DNA from: a virus
Lineage: Duplodnaviria; Caudoviricetes
Virus record (IMG/VR): IMGVR_UViG_3300011338_000865
Location: 1-34,890 of that record
Direction: 5' to 3' (one strand)
DNA: 34,890 nucleotides
In this document: piece by piece, positions 1 through 7,599 of the stretch
How the letters are laid out: each line of letters starts with the position of its first letter
Numbering within the stretch: the stretch's first letter is position 1
The notes under the pieces: model-generated
What the model saw: only the letters and a program-made list of their open reading frames with translations
Told to the model about the DNA's origin: nothing
Databases searched by the model: none
Position numbers and translations under genes: made by a program

Positions 1-24
1 CGAATCTATTAAAGACTCAGACAA

Positions 25-87
25 ATGATATTCTTTTTCTACCTGTTCATGATCATTCTTCTCTTTATTCTCTTAACTGAAAACTAA
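25..87 (+). CDS. 20-aa hydrophobic micro-protein (MIFFFYLFMIILLFILLTEN)
   Basis: Read manually; below the ORF-track cut-off. ATG overlaps the TGA of an upstream truncated frame (ATGA, 25-28); TAA lies 5 nt before the next ATG. Confidence 0.5.
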   Translation: MIFFFYLFMIILLFILLTEN

Positions 88-92
88 ACCAT

Positions 93-473
93 ATGGAAAA
101 GCAGTTTCACTTCTACTATGATCCAGAAAAAGCAGGTGTTGAACAAATCTGGCTCCATGATAATTACAATCCAGAGGAGGATTACAGTTACGATATCATA
201 GCTCTCTACCAGGAGAAGAAAACAAAGAAGCTGTATTGGGGCATAACACAAGGCTGTTCTTGCAACTCTCCATTTGAAGATGAAACGCTCGACGATCTTA
301 CAGAGCTTACTCCTAAAACAGCACAAGCATTCTTAGATGACTTATCAGATCACTTTGATATGAATACACTTATCAATAACAAGACAGGTGCAAAGGAACT
401 CTCAGAACTATTCCAGAAGCTTACAAAGATAGGAATCCCACTCACACTACCACCAGTAGAAATAGAAGAATAA
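93..473 (+). CDS. hypothetical phage protein (acidic, GCSC motif)
   Basis: 126-aa ORF with LYWGITQGCSCNSPFE; last 18 aa encoded by direct-repeat copy 1. Confidence 0.75.
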   Translation: MEKQFHFYYDPEKAGVEQIWLHDNYNPEEDYSYDIIALYQEKKTKKLYWGITQGCSCNSPFEDETLDDLTELTPKTAQAFLDDLSDHFDMNTLINNKTGAKELSELFQKLTKIGIPLTLPPVEIEE

Positions 474-482
474 ATATCCCGG
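417..482 (+). repeat. 66-bp direct repeat, copy 1
   Basis: AAGCTTACAAAGATAGGAATCCC...GAATAAATATCCCGG; 65/66 identical to 1343-1408. Confidence 0.97.
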
Positions 483-1342
483 CATGAAAGTGTTTTGTGG
501 TGTTGAATTTTTATTTTCTTTGATACCTGATATTATGCGGATCGGAGGTAATAATAGAAATTATGACCAAACAAATTGAGCTTTTTTTCGGTGATAGCAA
601 AGACGTTTTGAAAAAATTACCTAGTAACTCTATTGATCTCATTTTCACGTCACCACCTTATGCAGATCAACGAAGTAAAACTTATGGAGGAATCCATCCT
701 GATAGCTATGTAAAGTGGTTTCTACCTATTTCTAAAGAACTGTTGAGAGTGTTAAAAGTTGATGGGACTTTTATTTTGAATATTAAAGAAAAGGTTGTGG
801 AGGGTGAAAGGAGTACTTATGTGTTAGAACTAATTTTAGAAATGAAAAAACAAGGATGGTTTTGGACAGAAGAATTTATTTGGCACAAAAAGAACTGTTA
901 TCCGGGTAAATGGCCTAATAGATTTCGTGATGCTTGGGAAAGGTTACTGCAATTTAATAAAAGTAAGAAGTTTAACATGTATCAAGAATCGGTGATGGTG
1001 CCTACAGGTGATTGGGCAAAATCACGATTAAAAAATCTTAGCGCAATAGATAAAGTAAGGGATAATTCAAAGGTGGGCAGTGGATTTGGAAAGAATATTT
1101 CAAATTGGATCGGTAGAGATCTGGCTTATCCAACTAATGTTGTGCATCTGGCCACTGAGTGTTCTAACAAATCTCACAGTGCAGCCTTTCCAGAAGCTCT
1201 ACCAGAATGGTTTATTAAGCTATTCACAAAAGAAGGCGATATCGTTTTAGATCCTTTTATGGGTTCTGGTACAACTAATATTATTGCTAATAAAATGCAT
1301 CGAAAAACCATTGGTATTGAAATCTTATACGAGTATTACAAA
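483..1342 (+). mobile_element. inserted methyltransferase cassette (moron-like) between 66-bp direct repeats
   Basis: 860 bp of unique, visibly AT-richer DNA with its own leader (TGnTATTAT 528-536, GGAGGT 544-549). No transposase or integrase inside. Confidence 0.6.
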
Positions 1343-1399
1343 AAGCTTACAAAAATAGGAATCCCACTCACACTACCACCAGTAGAAATAGAAGAATAA
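563..1399 (+). CDS. orphan beta-class N4-cytosine/N6-adenine DNA methyltransferase
   Basis: Motif IV TSPPY near the N-terminus and motif I VLDPFMGSGTT near the C-terminus (beta order); HSAAFP motif; GIEI. Confidence 0.95.
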   Translation: MTKQIELFFGDSKDVLKKLPSNSIDLIFTSPPYADQRSKTYGGIHPDSYVKWFLPISKELLRVLKVDGTFILNIKEKVVEGERSTYVLELILEMKKQGWFWTEEFIWHKKNCYPGKWPNRFRDAWERLLQFNKSKKFNMYQESVMVPTGDWAKSRLKNLSAIDKVRDNSKVGSGFGKNISNWIGRDLAYPTNVVHLATECSNKSHSAAFPEALPEWFIKLFTKEGDIVLDPFMGSGTTNIIANKMHRKTIGIEILYEYYKKLTKIGIPLTLPPVEIEE

Positions 1400-1408
1400 A
1401 TATCCCGG
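1343..1408 (+). repeat. 66-bp direct repeat, copy 2
   Basis: One synonymous difference (AAG/AAA) from copy 1; its last 3 nt (CGG) are the first 3 nt of the tRNA-like gene. Confidence 0.97.
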
Positions 1409-1491
1409 AAGGATAGCACTAACGGTAGTGAGCGCTGGTGGCCAGTAAAAAGATCCAGAGATATCAGGTTCGACTCCTGACCTTCCGACCA
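1406..1491 (+). tRNA. tRNA-Pro-like gene with aberrant anticodon arm (possible pseudo-tRNA)
   Basis: Acceptor CGGAAGG/CCTTCCG + A + CCA; T arm TCAGG-TTCGACT-CCTGA; D-loop with GG. No canonical 7-nt anticodon loop (GCTGG-TGG-CCAGT). Confidence 0.7.
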
Positions 1492-1493
1492 AT

Positions 1494-1581
1494 GGGTGGT
1501 TAACCAAGCGGCAACGGTACCAGGCTGTAAACCTGGCGTCAGCATCTGTCTTCGTAGGTTCGAGTCCTACACCACCCACCA
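1494..1581 (+). tRNA. trnY: tRNA-Tyr(GTA)
   Basis: Acceptor GGGTGGT/ACCACCC; anticodon arm CCAGG-CTGTAAA-CCTGG; long variable arm; T arm GTAGG-TTCGAGT-CCTAC; encoded CCA. Confidence 0.95.
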
Positions 1582-1618
1582 TTACTAACAAACTAAACCC
1601 CAGTTAAGGTAGAAAAGC

Positions 1619-1906
1619 ATGAGACAGACAACCAATAGAATACTTTACACACTCGTAAACCTAGCATCAGGCTCTATAAAAGATGACCTACCAGCTAGAA
1701 GACTCCTAACTGATCTTAGAGTAGACCATACCAAGCTAGAAGACATACTCCAATCTATCCAAGAAGCAGCTAACCATATGCACGGAGAATGGGAAGGAGG
1801 ACACATCAGGTTCTCTTCCCCACAAGACCAGAAAAAGCACGCTACAAAGAGCCACGAACGCATCTGCAAGCTCATAAAAGAAGCACAAAAACTCATAGAT
1901 ACGTAA
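1619..1906 (+). CDS. hypothetical protein
   Basis: 95-aa ORF filling the gap between the tRNAs and the HNH gene. Confidence 0.65.
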   Translation: MRQTTNRILYTLVNLASGSIKDDLPARRLLTDLRVDHTKLEDILQSIQEAANHMHGEWEGGHIRFSSPQDQKKHATKSHERICKLIKEAQKLIDT

Positions 1907-1930
1907 AAATAGCATAAGCATACCATTTTT

Positions 1931-2362
1931 ATGATTAAGAAAGCTACAGCCCTACTTTTAAAGGAAAGAGCTAACTATGCATGTGAGAATAAAAACTGTA
2001 AGAGAAACGATTGGAATTATCATATGCATCACGTTTATTGGAAGAGCCAGTACAGGATGGATGATAGAGATGAGCTGTGGAATCTAGCCTACATTTGCAA
2101 TACATGCCACTATTCTATCCATAACCAAGCAAACATTCGCCTCGATGCTGAATTAAAGGCATTAGCAGACGAGAGAAAGCCAAAGGAGGAGAGGTCTAAG
2201 AAGAAGATAGCTAAGCCAAAGGCAATCATGGAGGCACGCAAGAGCCACTACAAAAGGAACCTAGAGCGGTACAAGTTCCTCAATGGAGGCAAGAGCCCAT
2301 GGAGAGTTTATTATGAACGCTCTAAAGTTATTAAAGGCTTTAACGAAGTAAACAATAGATAG
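1931..2362 (+). CDS. HNH endonuclease
   Basis: CxxxxC...HMHH...NLAYICNTCHYSIH Zn/HNH pattern; directly upstream of terL. Confidence 0.85.
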   Translation: MIKKATALLLKERANYACENKNCKRNDWNYHMHHVYWKSQYRMDDRDELWNLAYICNTCHYSIHNQANIRLDAELKALADERKPKEERSKKKIAKPKAIMEARKSHYKRNLERYKFLNGGKSPWRVYYERSKVIKGFNEVNNR

Positions 2363-2420
2363 TAGACCTCATGTGCAAAATTCAATAAAGTTGTTGTGTA
2401 AAACTTCTTTTGAGTAAAGC

Positions 2421-3791
2421 ATGCAAATAAAGCTAGAGTATCCCATCGGAAAGAACGGAAAGAGAGAACCATTACCAAAACAACAAGATTTCCACAACAG
2501 TTCTGCACATTTTCGCGCGTATGTTGGTGGAGTAGGAAGCGGCAAAACTGTGGCTGGCTGTATAGAGGGAATCAAGAAGGCACTAACCTACCCAGGATCT
2601 ACAGGACTTATAGCAGCTAACACATACCCACAGTTAGAGAAGGCTACCAAGAAGACATTCTTTGAGGCGTGCGATCCTAGGCTTATTAAGCGTAAGAACG
2701 AGTGGGAGGTAGAGTTCTTCAATGGTTCTAAGATCTACTTCATCAACCTTTCTAATCCAGACTCGCTTCGTGGACCATCAGTGCTGTGGATCTACATGGA
2801 CGAAGCAGCAGATGCGTCAGAGTTTTCTTTCCTCACGCTTATTGGGCGCTTGCGTAATGATGCCAAGACTCTCTACCCAGACTCAGCCTTTAGCTTCTTC
2901 CTCACATCAAACCCTAATGGTAAGAACTGGGTGTATCAAAGATTCTTTGCTAAGCCAAGACCAGGTTATTATGGTGTACAGACAACTACATTCGACAACG
3001 CAGCAAACCTACCAGAGAACTATATTGACGGCTTAAGAGAGGCATACTCAGATGACATGGCTAATCGCTTCTTGTATGGCTCGTTTGACGTGTTCATTGG
3101 TCAGATATTCAATGAGTTTGAAGAAAATGTTCATGTTATTCAGCCAAGGGAACTACCAGAGCACTGGTTTAGGTACAGATCAATTGACTTTGGTTGGTCT
3201 CATCCAACGTGTGTGCTGTGGGCAGCTGAAGACTTCAAGGGAAACTTGTACTTTTACCGTGAGTTCCATAAGTCTGAGGTGCCAGCGTACGAGTTAGCTA
3301 GGGTGATCACTGAGCTTTCTGGGCAAGAGAAATACGAATACACAGTTGGTGATACATCAGGTGTTGCAGTAAGCCAGACAGATGGTGAGTCAGTGTATAG
3401 GCAGTTGTATGAATACGGTCACATCCAGGTAACACCAGCATACAAGCAAGACAAGATGGGGCGAATTGACCGTGCCAAGACCATGTTCAAGCACCGTAAG
3501 GTATTCATCTTCAACACATGCACCACGCTTATTGCACAGCTACCGCAGTACCAGTGGGAGAAACCAACCTATGAGCAGGCGCTTTCTAAACAAAGGCCAT
3601 TAAAGGTCAATGATGATTCAATAGACGCATTTTTGTATCTACTCGGAAGCAGACCAGACTCATTTGGATTGCCATCAGAAGAGGTAAAGAAGGAACTTTC
3701 ACCATATGAACGTGCAATGGTCTGTGATCCTGACTATGAGCTTTCACAAATCAACAACAAGAAGAAAAATCAGCATAAAGTTTATTACTAA
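2421..3791 (+). CDS. terL: terminase large subunit
   Basis: Walker A GGVGSGKT, Walker B IYMDEA, coupling motif TSNP, nuclease SIDFG...DDSIDA. Confidence 0.96.
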   Translation: MQIKLEYPIGKNGKREPLPKQQDFHNSSAHFRAYVGGVGSGKTVAGCIEGIKKALTYPGSTGLIAANTYPQLEKATKKTFFEACDPRLIKRKNEWEVEFFNGSKIYFINLSNPDSLRGPSVLWIYMDEAADASEFSFLTLIGRLRNDAKTLYPDSAFSFFLTSNPNGKNWVYQRFFAKPRPGYYGVQTTTFDNAANLPENYIDGLREAYSDDMANRFLYGSFDVFIGQIFNEFEENVHVIQPRELPEHWFRYRSIDFGWSHPTCVLWAAEDFKGNLYFYREFHKSEVPAYELARVITELSGQEKYEYTVGDTSGVAVSQTDGESVYRQLYEYGHIQVTPAYKQDKMGRIDRAKTMFKHRKVFIFNTCTTLIAQLPQYQWEKPTYEQALSKQRPLKVNDDSIDAFLYLLGSRPDSFGLPSEEVKKELSPYERAMVCDPDYELSQINNKKKNQHKVYY

Positions 3792-3795
3792 CAAC

Positions 3796-4050
3796 ATGGA
3801 AACAACACGCAAGTCGCTACGCGGATACATGAAAAAGGGTACAACTTACCATCAAACGTTTGATAGGAGCAGAAAGAAGAAGGCAGATTCATTTCACAAC
3901 GGTTGGCTCTCCGGCCTCAAAAAGAGTTACATTCAAGGGAGGATGTCAAAGGCAGAGTATGAAGATAGGGTTGAGCAGTACAAGTTACTTAGTGGTTCAT
4001 CGCACGCAAAGACATATCGAGTGGCCCAATGGTGGAGTAGAAAGGGCTAA
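3796..4050 (+). CDS. small basic hypothetical protein
   Basis: ATG 4 nt after the terL stop, preferred over the overlapping start at 3706. Confidence 0.6.
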   Translation: METTRKSLRGYMKKGTTYHQTFDRSRKKKADSFHNGWLSGLKKSYIQGRMSKAEYEDRVEQYKLLSGSSHAKTYRVAQWWSRKG

Positions 4051-4055
4051 CATAA

Positions 4056-4068
4056 ATTGAATATAAAG
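4056..4068 (+). promoter_or_regulatory. conserved intergenic motif ATTGAATATARAS (putative late promoter/operator), copy 1
   Basis: ATTGAATATAAAG; AACAAT 16 nt after TTGAAT. Confidence 0.65.
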
Positions 4069-4108
4069 GTATTTGCGAAACAATACCGGTGAAGTAACCA
4101 CACAGGTC

Positions 4109-4420
4109 ATGTCATCAGGTCTTGTTGCATTCGTTTTCATTACCCTTATCACACTGGTAGGTATTTTTTGTTATGTGATTGTTCACTTGCAGAACCTCCA
4201 TTCAAAGGAGAGGGATGATCTGACTAAGAAATTAATGGCCAAGAACCTTACTGAGTACCAGCAAGAGCGTGCTTATGCTGATTATTACGCAGTTAAGAAA
4301 GAGGAGGTTAAACATCAGCCAGTGCCACAGGAATCACAATACCTCACGCTATCAGAGCTTGAGAATGACCCAGTTGCCCTAGCTCAACTCAATGATCACG
4401 TTGAATCTATTACACGTTAA
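4109..4420 (+). CDS. hypothetical protein with N-terminal transmembrane helix
   Basis: GLVAFVFITLITLVGIFCYVIV hydrophobic stretch; ATG 4109 chosen over TTG 4073. Confidence 0.7.
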   Translation: MSSGLVAFVFITLITLVGIFCYVIVHLQNLHSKERDDLTKKLMAKNLTEYQQERAYADYYAVKKEEVKHQPVPQESQYLTLSELENDPVALAQLNDHVESITR

Positions 4421-4422
4421 TT

Positions 4423-6225
4423 ATGAATAATATTTTTTCAGAAGATAGTGGTTTGTATTCTAAAGATGAAAAAGATGTCGTTAACTTTGTTGTAGCTGAG
4501 TTATTCCAGCCAGCAAAGAACTATCGCCAGAAAACTGATATGCGTTGGTACATCTACAACTCTTACTATGATGGCAACTCTTGGATTATGTACAGCAAGG
4601 CCAATGGTCGTATTGAGAACATTTACTTAGAAGAATGGCGTGCAAAGTTTAGCGTGCCTGATATCTTCGTAGCTCACCGCTCTATTAAAGCGCTCATCCT
4701 GAACAAGAATCCAATCTATGATGTTGTTCCTACCTACAATGACAGTGGCATAGATCTAGAGGATGGACCAGTAGACCCAGCAACAGGAAAGCGTATTGGT
4801 AAATTTAAGGAAGGTGAAAAGGTGTCAGCAGCAAAAAGAGCTGGTCAGTTACTCACATATTGGGAAAAGGCACTACTGCTACCAATGAAACGCGATTCAG
4901 TTTGTGACGATGCTTTGAAGATGGGCAATGGGTATTTGAAGATGGGTTTTGACCAGGATGCTGACAATGGTAAAGGTGATGTTTCTATTGCCCGATGTTC
5001 ACCATTCTCTCTGTATATTGATCCAAATACTACTGACATGAGCACGTTCGAGAACTGCCGCTATATTATTTATGTGGTTCCGAGAGATGTGCAATATATT
5101 GAGTTGATGTACAACAAGAAAGTAGAGGCTGACAACAAAGTATCTTCTAGCTCATACGAGTCACTTTATAAACAACAAAAACTGAGTGTTACCGATAAGA
5201 CAAACTCATCATCTAACTCTGTGCTTGTCTATGAGAGTTGGATCAATGAACCTTACCGAGACACCTTACCCAATGGAGAGCCTGTTGTTCGCTACCGTAT
5301 GCGCTGTATTACTTGTACTCAGAGTGTACTACTTCGTGATGTTTATGACCCATTAGCAGGTAATGGTAAGGAATTTAATGAGTTTCCATTTGAAACATAC
5401 CAAGTTAACTGCACACCTGGTGACATCTACGCAGACGGCATTATTAAGCAACAAAAAGACCTTATTGATCGTGCTAACCGTGGATTGAGTCAGGCAGCAG
5501 ACAACGCAGCCCGCATGTCTAATCCTCGTATCATGGCTCCTCGTGGCTCAGTTAAGCCAGACGAGTTTAATGATATTCCTGGTAGTGTGACTGAATTTAC
5601 AGTGGGTAATGGTGGTGAAAGACCAGAGATTATCCCAGGTGCTAATGTAGGAACTGATGTGATGAACCTGGCAGACCTTGCTCGTAAAATGGGACAAGAT
5701 GCTGCTGGCATCCATGATGTATCACGTGGTGTGTTGCCTCCTGGTATATCGTCTGGACGTCAACTAGAGCTTGCACAATCAGCAGATACCATGGTTCTTG
5801 GTCCATACATTAGAGACCTAGAGAGCTTCTTGAAGCGTGTTGCAGTGAAGATGCTCAAGATTGCACGTAACAAATACCCAACTCAGAAAGAGATGGTTCT
5901 CAAAGGAACACGTGGCCAGCTTACCAACTTAAAGATTGCACCAGAAGACATAGATTTTTCTGATGTAGACGTACAAGTATCAAGCTTCTTAGCGAATACT
6001 AAGGCTGGAAGACAAGACGCTTTACTAGACCTCTCAAAGGCAGGAGCACTAGACCCTGAAACACTACTCGAATACTACGAATTCCCAGATATCGATGCCA
6101 TTATCGACCGATTGCATGAGCATAAGGATTTACTGGCACAACAAGGTGGACAAGGACAACAACCTGGTAGCCCTCCACAAGCACCACAAGCACCACAACC
6201 ACAAAGACCACTACCCTCTCGTTAG
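4423..6225 (+). CDS. portal protein (P22-like)
   Basis: 600 aa between terL and scaffold; portal-like segments (G.GYLKM, RCSPFSLYIDP, GIHDVSRG...SGR); Q/P-rich C-terminal tail. Confidence 0.9.
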   Translation: MNNIFSEDSGLYSKDEKDVVNFVVAELFQPAKNYRQKTDMRWYIYNSYYDGNSWIMYSKANGRIENIYLEEWRAKFSVPDIFVAHRSIKALILNKNPIYDVVPTYNDSGIDLEDGPVDPATGKRIGKFKEGEKVSAAKRAGQLLTYWEKALLLPMKRDSVCDDALKMGNGYLKMGFDQDADNGKGDVSIARCSPFSLYIDPNTTDMSTFENCRYIIYVVPRDVQYIELMYNKKVEADNKVSSSSYESLYKQQKLSVTDKTNSSSNSVLVYESWINEPYRDTLPNGEPVVRYRMRCITCTQSVLLRDVYDPLAGNGKEFNEFPFETYQVNCTPGDIYADGIIKQQKDLIDRANRGLSQAADNAARMSNPRIMAPRGSVKPDEFNDIPGSVTEFTVGNGGERPEIIPGANVGTDVMNLADLARKMGQDAAGIHDVSRGVLPPGISSGRQLELAQSADTMVLGPYIRDLESFLKRVAVKMLKIARNKYPTQKEMVLKGTRGQLTNLKIAPEDIDFSDVDVQVSSFLANTKAGRQDALLDLSKAGALDPETLLEYYEFPDIDAIIDRLHEHKDLLAQQGGQGQQPGSPPQAPQAPQPQRPLPSR

Positions 6226-6230
6226 GTTGA

Positions 6231-6243
6231 ATTGAATATAGAC
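6231..6243 (+). promoter_or_regulatory. conserved intergenic motif, copy 2
   Basis: ATTGAATATAGAC directly after the portal stop. Confidence 0.6.
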
Positions 6244-6283
6244 ACGGTTAGAGCGATTCTCATAGTGAACTTACTAAAAACAG

Positions 6284-6586
6284 ATGGATAACATGCCAAA
6301 TGACTTCGGACAAGCGCCAGATCCCCAGATGCAAGCAATGATAGAACTTGTAAAAAAGTATCTCGCTGAAGGTCTTCCTAAAAATGAAGCAATGAAGCGT
6401 GCAATGCTTGAAGTAGAGGCAGCACAAGAAGGTGAAGGAGTTGCAGAAGAAGGTGGAGAGATGATGGCACCTGAAGTACCAGTGGATCCAGCAATGGCAC
6501 CACCAGCACCAGGAGCGCCAGCAGGCATGGACCCTGTAGCAATGATGAAACAGATCGCATTAGCAAAGCGTGGCGCAGTAAAATAA
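6284..6586 (+). CDS. small low-complexity (M/P/A/E-rich) protein
   Basis: 100-aa ORF between portal and scaffold. Confidence 0.7.
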   Translation: MDNMPNDFGQAPDPQMQAMIELVKKYLAEGLPKNEAMKRAMLEVEAAQEGEGVAEEGGEMMAPEVPVDPAMAPPAPGAPAGMDPVAMMKQIALAKRGAVK

Positions 6587-6589
6587 ATT

Positions 6590-6719
6590 GATGGGTTGTA
6601 CTCATCCCTAGCTTATCGCTAGGCCAAGAACATTCACTTGTCGCTTACCCACCACATGCGAGAACATTTTGTCCTGCCTTGATCCTGTGGTGGGTAGCAA
6701 GGCAGAGCAAAGTGCTCTC
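6590..6719 (+). promoter_or_regulatory. structured 5' leader of scaffold/capsid operon with alternative helices and uORF
   Basis: Hairpins 6590-6606 and 6607-6623; helix A 6646-6656/6686-6696; helix B 6660-6681/6698-6719; uORF 6656-6682. Confidence 0.6.
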
Positions 6720-6750
6720 AATGCACTTTATTTTAACTCTATCTCATTTT

Positions 6751-7572
6751 ATGGAAATGCAAGATCAATCCCATACTGAGGCCTTGGCACAGGGCGGAAA
6801 CGCTCAAGATCCCAACGCTGAATTTGGCAATAGTCAAGCGTCAGGACAGGGCACCTCACCTGCACAAGAACAGGGCCAGACAGGTTTCGACCCAAATGCG
6901 TTTAACAAACTTAAGTCTGATCACCAAGCAACACTTGGACGCTTACGAGCGCTTCAAGCAGAGCAAAGTAGATTTCTTGAGGAACGTAACACTTATGCGC
7001 AAAGAGAAACCGAACTAGCTGCGCGATTAGAAAGACTGGAGTCCAGCTTAAAGGGGAACCAGCAGCCTGGAAAAGTAGACTACGATTCAATGTCACGTGA
7101 CGAACTCATTCAACATCTAACAGATGCTGGTGCGTCAGAGGGTGAAAAACGTGCATGGGCTCGATTTGAAAAGTACATGCAAGATCAAAAGCAAGCTGAA
7201 AGTCTTAAACAAAAAGAAGCTGAAGCGGCACAAGAAGAAGAACGATATCAGAAACGATGGGATGAAGTATTCTCAACCGATCCAGAGGTAGATGTGGAGG
7301 ATCTCGAGAAATTTATGAAGGCAGAAAGAATTTTTGATCCGGTCTGGGCATACACCGTCAAACATAGAGACCTCCTGACAAAGCAGGCCGAAGTGAAAGC
7401 GGAGCAAAGAACGGTTCAAAAGATCTCAGCGAACAAACGAAACTTCACTGAGGGTCCAGGCAAAGCTGGTGTCACCCCACCAAGCAAGCCAAAGTTAACT
7501 GATAAGGCATCAAGACTTTCATACATTAAGGACCGTATGAGAGAAGGGCTCACAGAAATGAGCGATGAATAA
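6751..7572 (+). CDS. capsid scaffolding protein
   Basis: Q/E-rich, coiled-coil-like; immediately upstream of the major capsid gene. ATG 6751 preferred to TTG 6679, which lies inside the structured leader. Confidence 0.8.
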   Translation: MEMQDQSHTEALAQGGNAQDPNAEFGNSQASGQGTSPAQEQGQTGFDPNAFNKLKSDHQATLGRLRALQAEQSRFLEERNTYAQRETELAARLERLESSLKGNQQPGKVDYDSMSRDELIQHLTDAGASEGEKRAWARFEKYMQDQKQAESLKQKEAEAAQEEERYQKRWDEVFSTDPEVDVEDLEKFMKAERIFDPVWAYTVKHRDLLTKQAEVKAEQRTVQKISANKRNFTEGPGKAGVTPPSKPKLTDKASRLSYIKDRMREGLTEMSDE

Positions 7573-7599
7573 TTTTATTAACTCAATTACTATTAATTT

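Noticed and set aside
563-2362. Complete restriction-modification system (MTase plus HNH)
   Set aside because: The HNH gene lies outside the repeat-bounded cassette and next to terL, where packaging-type HNH genes are common.
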